From the IMG/VR virus record IMGVR_UViG_3300027743_000036, positions 1-50,996 of that record: 50,996 nt of DNA. The stretch is one strand, 5' to 3'. The translations under genes and the position numbers were made by a program. Numbering within the stretch: the stretch's first letter is position 1; each line of letters begins with the position of its first letter. The DNA comes from a virus. Lineage: Duplodnaviria; Caudoviricetes. Under the pieces are notes generated by a model, which was given only the letters and a program-made list of their open reading frames with translations, made no database searches and was not told the origin of the DNA. Shown here piece by piece: positions 28,504 to 36,918 of the stretch.

Positions 28504-28881
28504 TTACGCCATGCTGAGGGTTAAACTCGCCGCCGGAAATCGAGGGGTTTGCCCCGCAGTTATAGTCTTTGGCACCGTAAGCAGACCGCTCGCTTGGAGA
28601 TTCCCATCTGTTGCGGCATCAAACCGGCACACATAGGTCACTTCCCCCCAGCCCGCTCCCGTGGCCGCGGGGAATGTCAATGCGGCCCCATTCGTCTTTA
28701 CTCCCCCGGAGGCAGGGTTCCAATCCGCGGCAGTCGTGGCTACGCGGGCATAGCCATTCCCCGAGGGTTCTGCGAGCGTGGCGGCATCGTCGCCAGGGTC
28801 GGCGGTAGAGAGTCCTATCCACCCGTTTGTCTCAAACAGGGTATCCAGAACAATATTCTCATAATAATCGCTAAAGGACAT
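28504..28881 (-). CDS. Small phage tail-fibre-family protein
   Basis: MSFSDY.EN..LD, GL.TADP, E.SG.GYAR, N.....FP.A...WG, DA.T.GN. Confidence 0.75.
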   Translation of the reverse strand: MSFSDYYENIVLDTLFETNGWIGLSTADPGDDAATLAEPSGNGYARVATTAADWNPASGGVKTNGAALTFPAATGAGWGEVTYVCRFDAATDGNLQASGLLTVPKTITAGQTPRFPAASLTLSMA

Positions 28882-28892
28882 TCTCCACCTCC

Positions 28893-29258
28893 TTAGACGT
28901 TACCATACCAAAGCCTATCACTGGCGGCGGCAACCAATTTTCGAGTCGTCCGCATGTTGTTTACGCCAGTCCACTCCCAATCTACGCCTTCGACTCCCGG
29001 CGGACTCGCCGTTGGCCCGCTTCCCGAACCACCGGGGATCAGACGCCACGAACCTATCGGCGGGTCAAACGTAATCGTCGTGAATGACCACACATCCCCC
29101 GTGGTTGTGCCGAACTCATTTGTCGCATCCACCCTCCATTGGTAGGTGATTGCATATTCAAATGCACTCGGCGTCCACGTAAATTCGCTTGTGGGCGCGC
29201 CTAACGACCCCAATGGGTTGCCGGATACTGCAAAATAGACTTCATGGGTAGTAGGCAT
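28893..29258 (-). CDS. Virion protein, second half of an FN3/Ig-like repeat
   Basis: YQWRVDATNEFGTTTGDVWSFTT; C-terminal RKLVAAASDRLWYG. Confidence 0.6.
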   Translation of the reverse strand: MPTTHEVYFAVSGNPLGSLGAPTSEFTWTPSAFEYAITYQWRVDATNEFGTTTGDVWSFTTITFDPPIGSWRLIPGGSGSGPTASPPGVEGVDWEWTGVNNMRTTRKLVAAASDRLWYGNV

Positions 29259-29261
29259 CTA

Positions 29262-30155
29262 TCAGGTCCACGTAAACCCCTGATCCAGGGTAATGGCGAT
29301 AGCGGAGTCCGCAGGCGTTGGCGTTGCTGGCTTTGCAGGCCGAGGATCAAATGTCCACACATCCCCGGTCGTCGTGCCGGTCACATTCACAGAATCAACC
29401 CGCCAATAAGCGGGGCGATAAAACAGATAGTTTCTAAAAGGCGATCCAACAGGAATCGTATGACTTGTGCCGCTCGTCGTCGTGACCAAGTTAAGCGTAA
29501 CAGGTGAGTCACCGAGATACACCTGGTAAGAGGTAGCCCCGCCCCCGTCGGCCCACCCAAGAGTCCAATCGCTAAAATCTGCACCGGCCACAGCACTGTC
29601 GGCGGGGTCCGGCGTTATTGCCTTAGCCGGAGCCGCCGGATTTCCGTACAGATTCCCAAGGGAATAGAAATCCGGGGCAACAACCGTCCAGTCGATGGAG
29701 TCGTTGTCGTAATAAAATACATGACCTGCTGGCGGAGCGGCGAACTGTCCATACCAATGTGTTAGGTCATCAGTAGTGGACAGAACATCGTCGTAATGAC
29801 CACTTGGATCGGCCAGTACCACACAATACACGGTACCGGACGATATGCTAACCGGCACGTCCAACGTAAAATTGTAGTACGCCTTTATCGTGACGCTGGT
29901 GCGATCCAGAGACGCCGACGCCAAGAGGGTCCCGCTTGGGCTCGTGGCTCGAAATTCAATACCAAGATCTCCCGCCGCGGTGCCTACCCCGCCATAGTGA
30001 AGCAACTGCAACTGGACATCCGTTATGCTGTAATCGCCGGAGGTCTGCTTGAGGGTTTGCGCTTTTCGTAGATTCGACGTGTCGCCACTCTCGGATGTGC
30101 CATATACCGGCGAGCCGATCACACTACCAGACCCGAAACTATAGATAAGGGCCAT
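29262..30155 (-). CDS. Virion protein, AQT-type domain plus FN3/Ig-like repeat
   Basis: GGAG RBS before MALIY; YWRVDSVNVTGTTTGDVWTF. Confidence 0.6.
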   Translation of the reverse strand: MALIYSFGSGSVIGSPVYGTSESGDTSNLRKAQTLKQTSGDYSITDVQLQLLHYGGVGTAAGDLGIEFRATSPSGTLLASASLDRTSVTIKAYYNFTLDVPVSISSGTVYCVVLADPSGHYDDVLSTTDDLTHWYGQFAAPPAGHVFYYDNDSIDWTVVAPDFYSLGNLYGNPAAPAKAITPDPADSAVAGADFSDWTLGWADGGGATSYQVYLGDSPVTLNLVTTTSGTSHTIPVGSPFRNYLFYRPAYWRVDSVNVTGTTTGDVWTFDPRPAKPATPTPADSAIAITLDQGFTWT

Positions 30156-30156
30156 C

Positions 30157-30384
30157 TTACAGGCTCTCCACCACACTGACAGAACAGATAGCGACGACCG
30201 GCTGCTCCGCCGAGCCGATCTGCGTGGCGCTCCACTTCTTCAAACCCGGTCGCTGGCCCCCGCGAAATCGGCCCTTATATAGGGGCCTCACGTTAAGGAG
30301 CTTCGGGCTCGTCTGCTCCGGCTGGTTGCCAGGCAGCGCGCCGATATGTTGTCCGCGGAAGGGGAATATAAGAACTTGTGGCAT
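30157..30384 (-). CDS. Stand-alone N-terminal segment of tail nozzle-like protein
   Basis: FP..G......QP..T.....NVR.......GGQRPGL motif. Confidence 0.55.
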   Translation of the reverse strand: MPQVLIFPFRGQHIGALPGNQPEQTSPKLLNVRPLYKGRFRGGQRPGLKKWSATQIGSAEQPVVAICSVSVVESL

Positions 30385-30401
30385 TGTTCGACTCTCTCGT
30401 A

Positions 30402-31667
30402 CTATGTCTCGTATGTAACAATTCCGCGCTGAATGTACGTAATCCGCGGTCCTGAGCCGGACTTCATTACCCCTAAACGTTTCGGCCCGAGCCGCCCGTC
30501 GATAGCGTAGGCGGCGGGCAAGTCCACGGTAAGGAACTTCTCCGTGAAGCCACGCTTGACATCGGTGAACTCAAGCTCCGCCTGCATCAAACAGGCCGAC
30601 ACGATAGCGAAGTCAAACTGTAATCCCGCCGGGTGCGAGCCCTCGGGCTCGACGTAGTACACGCTGCTCGCCGCCGGGTCTGTCCCGCCCGCCGACCCGT
30701 TCGCGTAGAGCCAGTCGGCCACGGTGAACACGCCGGTCGCCCCGGCATAATCGGTAACAACGGCATAACTGGTCTTGCCGGTGCCGCTCATAATCCGGAT
30801 TGTGTCACCGTTGAAATAATCGTCCGCGTACAGGCCGATGATGCCGGTATCGGTGAGACTCGTCGCTCCGCCGCCCGTGGCCGTGCCCGCAATCAGGGTC
30901 AACTTGTCGAAATTCGCCCGGTAAGGGAACACCACCGTATGTTCGTCCGTAGGCGAGGGGTCTACGATCAACTCCCATCGGCGGTTTGCCGTATTGTACG
31001 GGAGCACCGCCGCCCGGAACGGGGCGTCACCCGTCAGGACTGAGACTTCGCGGCTGTGCCGTATGTCGCCTTCGCTCGTCCACTCGACGCCGCAAGCATT
31101 TGAGTCGGCGGTGAAAGTGATGTCGCCCGTGACCTCGCCTTGAAAGTCTTGCGACAGTAAATATCGGGCCGGGTCGGAGTCGATGACCTGTGTACTACGA
31201 CATACGCGGTATTCGCTGGTTGTATCCGGCGTACTTCCACCGGACAGGGCGGTAAAGAGGAACTGCCCGGAGGCTCCGACGTAATCGGTGACGGTTGCGT
31301 ATTCGTCCTCTCCGGTTCCGGCGGTGATCCGCAGGACGTATCCATTAAAGTAGTCATTCGCATAATCCCCTGCGAGGCCGCTGTCCGTCAAACTCGTCGC
31401 GGCACCCGCCGTCGCCGTGCCCTCATAGGCGCGAACGAGATTTACCTCCATGAGCCGGTTGCGCCATTTCCAGCCGCCGACCGGGGCATGTGCTATGAAG
31501 TCCCGTACCGCGGCATTGACGGTGCGCAGGCATCGGTCGAGGTCGTGCGCATCTGTCGGTATCTGCGCGGCCTCGCTCCCAGTCGTGCCGTAGCTGGCTA
31601 TCTCCGCTGCTTTAGCAACTTCAAGGATTAAATCGTAGCAACTTAGCGCGCTGGTTACTTCGGCCAT
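30402..31667 (-). CDS. Head-tail adaptor-like protein with duplicated inserted domain
   Basis: N-terminal helical part + WKW; two GTAT...TSLTD...DYFNG...TG....VTDY repeats. Confidence 0.6.
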   Translation of the reverse strand: MAEVTSALSCYDLILEVAKAAEIASYGTTGSEAAQIPTDAHDLDRCLRTVNAAVRDFIAHAPVGGWKWRNRLMEVNLVRAYEGTATAGAATSLTDSGLAGDYANDYFNGYVLRITAGTGEDEYATVTDYVGASGQFLFTALSGGSTPDTTSEYRVCRSTQVIDSDPARYLLSQDFQGEVTGDITFTADSNACGVEWTSEGDIRHSREVSVLTGDAPFRAAVLPYNTANRRWELIVDPSPTDEHTVVFPYRANFDKLTLIAGTATGGGATSLTDTGIIGLYADDYFNGDTIRIMSGTGKTSYAVVTDYAGATGVFTVADWLYANGSAGGTDPAASSVYYVEPEGSHPAGLQFDFAIVSACLMQAELEFTDVKRGFTEKFLTVDLPAAYAIDGRLGPKRLGVMKSGSGPRITYIQRGIVTYET

Positions 31668-31670
31668 CGG

Positions 31671-31850
31671 TTACTCCTTGACGGGCATCGGGATAATCTT
31701 CGGTTCGTCGCTCTCCTCATTCTCCCGCGCCCCGTTATACAGGAGCCCGAGGGCCTGATTCGCCGCCTGATGGTCCGCGCGGGTCATCCGCACCGAGGCG
31801 ATGATCGTATCAATGATTTCAGCCGCTTGTTTGTTCGTCATCTGTTCCAT
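31671..31850 (-). CDS. Hypothetical protein (59 aa)
   Basis: GGGGAG RBS; MEQMTNKQAAEII...; not in ORF track. Confidence 0.6.
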   Translation of the reverse strand: MEQMTNKQAAEIIDTIIASVRMTRADHQAANQALGLLYNGARENEESDEPKIIPMPVKE

Positions 31851-31877
31851 TGTGGCTCCCCTATGTCCCCCAATAGT

Positions 31878-31920
31878 AAAAAGAAACGTGAGCCGGGCGG
31901 GGAACAGACCCGGCCCACGT
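31878..31920 (-). terminator. Rho-independent terminator after head genes
   Basis: ACGTGGGCCGGG...CCCGGCTCACGT + TTCTTTTT. Confidence 0.7.
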
Positions 31921-31955
31921 CGGACCGAGGATACTATCCTCGGGGTAGCTCCATG

Positions 31956-32894
31956 TTATGCATCGGCGACCAATGCAGTTGCCGTGCCCGCGAGGATGTA
32001 ATACGTCACCCCGCCAACCGAGATCGGGATTTTGATAGCCGTTCCGTCGGCGTCGAATCCCAACACATGTGCAGCCTCCACCGTGGCCGCGGTGATACCC
32101 AGATCCGCCGCCGTGGGGACCTTCAAGAAATTGGTAAACCCAGTGTTTGCCCCGGTCTCTGACACCCAGATCACAGCGTCCACGGGACCCGCGATACTGT
32201 TGTTCGTGTTCTGGATACGGATACCAAACTCCGTTTCAGCAACCGCTGCCTCGTTGGTCAGGATGATGTCGAGCCCGCCAAAGGTGCCGGATGCGCCCAT
32301 TGTGCCGTAGTTCTCGGCCCTGAGAGTCAGGGCCTTGACGTTCGTAGCGGTCCCCTCGTCGTTTTTCGTGCCTATGAAACTCTCGATGCTGCCAAGAGTC
32401 CCATCATTGCTCGTATTGATGTTGAGACCTCTAAAGACATACCCGGCCACGGTCTGCACGGCGTCATTGCCGCCAGAAATCTTTAGGATGCCGCCGTAGG
32501 CGTCACCCGAGGCAACCACATCCTTGCTGCCCTCAAAATGCACCAGGTACTCCTGCGCCCCGGCAACACCCGTGAAAAAGTTGTCGCCGACTACCTGGAA
32601 ACCATAGGACCGGCCAGTGTTTTCCGCGAAGGGGGCAAACTCCCGCGTGCTGGTGGAGTTGAAATCGCACGACAGCGCGGTGCCCTCATTGACAAATAAC
32701 ACTTCGCCCGCACCGCCATCGACATGTTGAAAGAGACAACCGGGCGCATACCCGGCTGTTGCATCTGTCGGAACGGTTGTACCGTAGGCGTGGGTCCACC
32801 CATCTTCGGTCGCGTGCTGACAACGCGCGGTTGCAATACCAGCGGGGGCGGGAATATCCTTCATGCGCTCAAGTTTCGCGTATGCACTTCCCAT
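31956..32894 (-). CDS. Putative head fibre/decoration protein
   Basis: GT.VP......Y..G.L...DG......VN.GT N-terminal motif; beta-helix-like body. Confidence 0.5.
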   Translation of the reverse strand: MGSAYAKLERMKDIPAPAGIATARCQHATEDGWTHAYGTTVPTDATAGYAPGCLFQHVDGGAGEVLFVNEGTALSCDFNSTSTREFAPFAENTGRSYGFQVVGDNFFTGVAGAQEYLVHFEGSKDVVASGDAYGGILKISGGNDAVQTVAGYVFRGLNINTSNDGTLGSIESFIGTKNDEGTATNVKALTLRAENYGTMGASGTFGGLDIILTNEAAVAETEFGIRIQNTNNSIAGPVDAVIWVSETGANTGFTNFLKVPTAADLGITAATVEAAHVLGFDADGTAIKIPISVGGVTYYILAGTATALVADA

Positions 32895-32899
32895 AGTGA

Positions 32900-33694
32900 T
32901 TACCTCCCACCGGAATTCTTTTCCGCAGCAAATCTAACCCAATCGACAGTCATGCCGAGTTGAGCGGCTTCACAGTCCTTGACGCCGACAGCCACGCAGA
33001 ACTCATGGGCCATCGTGTCATTATCGAGGCCGTCAATGTCGTAGGTATCGGCCTGCACACCGTTCACGTAGAACGTGACAGTTTTCTTGCCGTCGAACGC
33101 CATGCCGAGTTTGACGTAGCTGGTGCTGATCGCGCTCTCGTCGGCCTCCACTGTCACCGGGAAGTTGGCCGAGCCACCCTGATTGATGACGCAGTTCCAC
33201 GGTTGAATCGTGGTCGCGTTGGAGTCGGCGAAGAAACCGACATAATCCTCATCAATCACGGTCGCACCGTTATCGGCGATCAACTCCGCCGTGGCCCCGA
33301 CCTTTTCGATCAGGCCCACAAACGCGGCGTAGTCATCGGCAGTACCGGCGGCGGACAGCTTCACACTCGCCTCAAACCAGAACCGCTTGCCGCTGTTCTT
33401 GGTCAACAGGTAGAGATCGGGCGAAGCGATAAACGCCGAGTCATTATCGGCCCCGGAGCCCTCCAACAGGAGTTCCCCGTTGACGACATCCACGACCTGC
33501 TCCACGTCGGCGTTCGTGCCGACGAGATCCCATCCAACGACGCTCGTGTCCGTGACCGTACCCCCTCGGGTGAAATCGTCGAACAGATACACCAGATCCT
33601 CCGGGGCAATCAACGCCTTCTGCACCGGGCAAGTGGCCCAAATGCTCGGCGAGGGTTGGCCCGCGGTTCCGGCTGTTTTGTAGTTTGCATACAT
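32900..33694 (-). CDS. Putative capsid accessory protein (lectin/ConA-like beta-sandwich)
   Basis: FDDF...W, FEA.VK, FYVNG, VDW; directly after capsid gene. Confidence 0.55.
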   Translation of the reverse strand: MYANYKTAGTAGQPSPSIWATCPVQKALIAPEDLVYLFDDFTRGGTVTDTSVVGWDLVGTNADVEQVVDVVNGELLLEGSGADNDSAFIASPDLYLLTKNSGKRFWFEASVKLSAAGTADDYAAFVGLIEKVGATAELIADNGATVIDEDYVGFFADSNATTIQPWNCVINQGGSANFPVTVEADESAISTSYVKLGMAFDGKKTVTFYVNGVQADTYDIDGLDNDTMAHEFCVAVGVKDCEAAQLGMTVDWVRFAAEKNSGGR

Positions 33695-33712
33695 ATTGAA
33701 TCTCTCCTCTTA

Positions 33713-34816
33713 TTAGGCAGTCAATGCCTTGTGGATCACGAACCCGGCCTGACGCGGGGAATCGCTGAGAATGTTGTGCGCCCCATCCTTGAACATGGTC
33801 CATACACTGTGCTGCAACGTCCCGCCGTGGACCGGGCCCATGACCTTCATCCAGTACCCGCTATAGGTTACGGGGATGAAGTGCGCGAAGTCGATGCAAT
33901 AGATCGGATCGGTGGTATCGCCGGTCTCGGGATCGGTTGCACCCTCCAGGGTGTCGATGGGAATGACATCGTGGCCGTTAATGAGCATGTCCGTACCCTC
34001 GGTCACGATCATCCGACCGAGCATCTCCTTAGAGGCGTGGACATCATCCTTGGCGTCGAGGTACTTGAAGATGTTCCGTTTCACCGTAAACCCGGTGTAG
34101 ATACGCCGTTTCGCAGCCTTGCGGACCTCGAACTGTGTGGCACCGAGAGGAGCCCGGAAATTGGTGTACAGAAACGCATTGCGAATCTTGTCCACCAGGT
34201 CATCGTTGACCGCCGTGTAGAGATCGGCCCAGTTCGCCCACTGCGGATATACCGCGGCGTCAATATCCGAACAACTCGTACCGGTCGTACCGTTGCGATA
34301 ACGGATGGTCTTACCGACCCAGCCCGCCGTAGTCGTGTCCTTGTCCATCATGCGGATGTAGTAGGGCGCGCCGCGGGGATACTTGTCGTCCGAGGAAGAA
34401 GTCGGGGCCTGCCAAAAAGCTGCTTCAAACAAATTAGCGACATCCCAAGCCGCCTGCATGTCCTTAGTCTTGGCGAGGTCAATGAACCCCTCGGGATCAG
34501 CCTTGTTCATCAGGATTTCAAGCTCGTCCCAGGACCAGTTGGTTGTCATCCGGCACCAGGGCATCGTATATGTGTGGACCGTCTCGCCCTGCGCCAGTTC
34601 GTCCTTCTCATAGAACCCGATATATCGGGCATTACCAGTGGGAGACAGGACCGCCTTGCCGGTGATCGTGGTCCCGCCTTGTTTCTTGATGCTTTCTTTG
34701 TTGAAAATTCTCGCGGCCTCGAAACGATGATCGTCCCAAGTCACCGTAAGCTCCTGCTTCGGGTACTTGGTGTGAGTCGTTGCGATCAAGCCGGAGATTT
34801 GGTCGATGGTATACAT
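33713..34816 (-). CDS. Major capsid protein
   Basis: 367 aa after scaffold; GG..I...Y.GFY...W E-loop pattern; AGGAG RBS. Confidence 0.8.
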   Translation of the reverse strand: MYTIDQISGLIATTHTKYPKQELTVTWDDHRFEAARIFNKESIKKQGGTTITGKAVLSPTGNARYIGFYEKDELAQGETVHTYTMPWCRMTTNWSWDELEILMNKADPEGFIDLAKTKDMQAAWDVANLFEAAFWQAPTSSSDDKYPRGAPYYIRMMDKDTTTAGWVGKTIRYRNGTTGTSCSDIDAAVYPQWANWADLYTAVNDDLVDKIRNAFLYTNFRAPLGATQFEVRKAAKRRIYTGFTVKRNIFKYLDAKDDVHASKEMLGRMIVTEGTDMLINGHDVIPIDTLEGATDPETGDTTDPIYCIDFAHFIPVTYSGYWMKVMGPVHGGTLQHSVWTMFKDGAHNILSDSPRQAGFVIHKALTA

Positions 34817-34831
34817 CTTTTCAATCTCCTA

Positions 34832-35884
34832 TTATGGAGAACCGAACACCTTTTTGAGTTCGGCTCCTACCTCTTGTACGGCTTGTTCATGGTTGTACGC
34901 ACCCGCGGCTGGGGCCGGGGTTCTGCTCCCGCTCGGCTTTAGCGTCACGCCCGCCGCCCGTTTCTGGACAGACTTCACGATCCGCTGCCGGACCACCTGT
35001 TCCACCATCGGCGCGGCGACTTCCAGATGCGCCCGCTCCAGAGCTTCCGCGGCACTCATTTTCATCCCTGTGGCTTCCGCCCCATCGAGGATCAACTGCG
35101 CCCGATTACACGTCTCCCGGCGATTGGCGACCTGACCCCCGGTCAGATGGGTCCAATCCCCCGCCTGGCCCGCCTTGCCGTAGAAATCCTCATACGGCTT
35201 CATATCATCCGCCCCGAAAAACGTGTTGATGGTCTGGCGGACGGCGATCTCCTCGTCAATGGATCGCTCGGGCGGCTGCTGCTGCACCGGCTGGACCGCA
35301 GGCCGCGGTGCCGGAGCATCGGGGATAAGCTCCCCGATCAAGTCGATAATCGGGTCATCCTCGTACTTCTCCTTAAGCTTCTTCATCACCGCCTCCTTGC
35401 GGCTCGGCTGCACTGGCGTAACCGGGGCGGGTTCCTTCAATCGCCGGGCCTGTTGACCCAATTCGCCAAGCTGCTTCGAGGAGGCGTTGACCATCTCATA
35501 GCACTTGGCAAGGGCCTTGAGGGCGAGTTCCGGGGACTGGTCATACAACTCGCCAATCTCCTCGGCCTTCATGCCCATGTGCACCGCTGCACGATAGTGA
35601 CTGTCGGGGATCGCCGGTTTATCGTCTGCCGGGGACTCTTCCGTTTTCGCCGGGGTAGATTCAACTTCTTCCTCTGCCGGTTTCTCTGCTAAAGTCTCGA
35701 CCACAACCGGAGTTTCCTTCTCCACTGGGTCGGACTTTGTGGGAGTTACCAGGGTAGAGGGAGTTTCCTCTGCCGGTTTCTGTTCGGGAGTCGCCGGGGT
35801 AGCACTTACCGAGGTCAATCCGCCATCAAAGTCAATCGCGTCAATCGCGGTTTTCAGTTCAGCCACAGCTTTCTCATCACCCAT
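34832..35884 (-). CDS. Capsid scaffolding protein
   Basis: Acidic Pro/Glu-rich N-terminus, helical; directly upstream of capsid. Confidence 0.7.
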   Translation of the reverse strand: MGDEKAVAELKTAIDAIDFDGGLTSVSATPATPEQKPAEETPSTLVTPTKSDPVEKETPVVVETLAEKPAEEEVESTPAKTEESPADDKPAIPDSHYRAAVHMGMKAEEIGELYDQSPELALKALAKCYEMVNASSKQLGELGQQARRLKEPAPVTPVQPSRKEAVMKKLKEKYEDDPIIDLIGELIPDAPAPRPAVQPVQQQPPERSIDEEIAVRQTINTFFGADDMKPYEDFYGKAGQAGDWTHLTGGQVANRRETCNRAQLILDGAEATGMKMSAAEALERAHLEVAAPMVEQVVRQRIVKSVQKRAAGVTLKPSGSRTPAPAAGAYNHEQAVQEVGAELKKVFGSP

Positions 35885-36323
35885 TACTTGTCCCCTTGAA
35901 AGAATTCAGGTATTGGATCGCATTACTTAATGTCTCACAGTTCTCGCGGGCCATGCCGATCATCGGGTTACATAGTCCACACAAAAGTGCACGAACCCGA
36001 TCAGTTTGGTGGTCGTGATCCACGTGTGCCTCATCCAGCGTCATAGATTTCCCGCAAATCAGACATAAACCATGTTGTTGGATATACATAGTTTCAACTT
36101 GTTCCGGGGATAATCCGTACTCCAACCGCCACTCGCGATGGCGCATCCATTTTGGATTCTCCGCCGCCTTCCGCTTATTGTAATCAGCCCACCGCGCACT
36201 CATGCACTTTTTACATCGGCCCTCACGGCCGTCGAGTGCTCGTTTATCCGGGGAAAAATCAGCGAGATCTTTTTCCTTCCCACATTTGGAGCAAACCTTT
36301 GTCACCCCATCCTCCATCACCAC
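35877..36323 (-). CDS. Recombination endonuclease VII-family (HNH-type) nuclease
   Basis: CSKC..K...F, CKKC; YGL, CLICG, HVDHDH, VRALLC..CN. Confidence 0.88.
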   Translation of the reverse strand: MVMEDGVTKVCSKCGKEKDLADFSPDKRALDGREGRCKKCMSARWADYNKRKAAENPKWMRHREWRLEYGLSPEQVETMYIQQHGLCLICGKSMTLDEAHVDHDHQTDRVRALLCGLCNPMIGMARENCETLSNAIQYLNSFKGTSNG

Positions 36324-36664
36324 TCCCTCAGATGCGGAATCTTCTCGACTCCGCGAGCTTTCAAATAGGCTTCACGCTGTTTGTAGCGAGTCAGCACCGG
36401 ACGGCATTTGTTGTCGAGCGGGACATCCGGGTAGAGCCGGTGGTGCTCGTCAATCTGGCTCGGATGAATCGCCAGCGCATCCGAATGAAGCGGACGAGCC
36501 TCGTGGTCGCCGCCGTTCGTGGTCGTGTTCTCCGCGTGGTAGTCACGGTACATCTCCGCCGAACACTCCACACAAATCTCGGTGTCGTGGCAGTTGCTCA
36601 TGGATTTATCCACGACAAGGGTGTTCCCGCAATCGCATCGGTAGTGGTACTCCGGCATGGTCAC
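36317..36664 (-). CDS. FmdB-like zinc-ribbon protein
   Basis: MPEYHYRCDCG...CVEC. Confidence 0.75.
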   Translation of the reverse strand: MTMPEYHYRCDCGNTLVVDKSMSNCHDTEICVECSAEMYRDYHAENTTTNGGDHEARPLHSDALAIHPSQIDEHHRLYPDVPLDNKCRPVLTRYKQREAYLKARGVEKIPHLREW

Positions 36665-36918
36665 TTCCTCCGCTTCGGGGACCCGAAAAACTTCTCAAAC
36701 TCCTCGGGACTGAGGGCGTTCTTTGCCGAGTCCAACTCCGCTTGGTCATGTTCCACAATAGTATCCACCGCGGTCTTGCGCTTCTTTTTTGTCGGCTTAC
36801 CCCAATCCTTTTCGGACATCTGCGGGTACTTTTTCTTCACCGCCGCCTTCCTCGCAATGGACTCACTCGCTGTTCTTGGCCCGGCTATGGCTCTCGTAGT
36901 GGGTTTGCTGAACATCAT
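36661..36918 (-). CDS. Hypothetical basic protein
   Basis: GAGGAG RBS, coupling. Confidence 0.55.
   Translation of the reverse strand: MMFSKPTTRAIAGPRTASESIARKAAVKKKYPQMSEKDWGKPTKKKRKTAVDTIVEHDQAELDSAKNALSPEEFEKFFGSPKRRK

Noticed and set aside
22482-30384. Diversity-generating retroelement or invertible tail-fibre cassette
   Set aside because: No reverse transcriptase, no TR/VR pair and no inverted-repeat-flanked alternative segments seen
32960-34942. 660-aa plus-strand ORF (also 36918-38462, 19112-20101, 42080-43057)
   Set aside because: Antisense shadows of capsid, portal, ejection and protease genes, expected from GC-rich codon bias; no RBS or recognisable motifs
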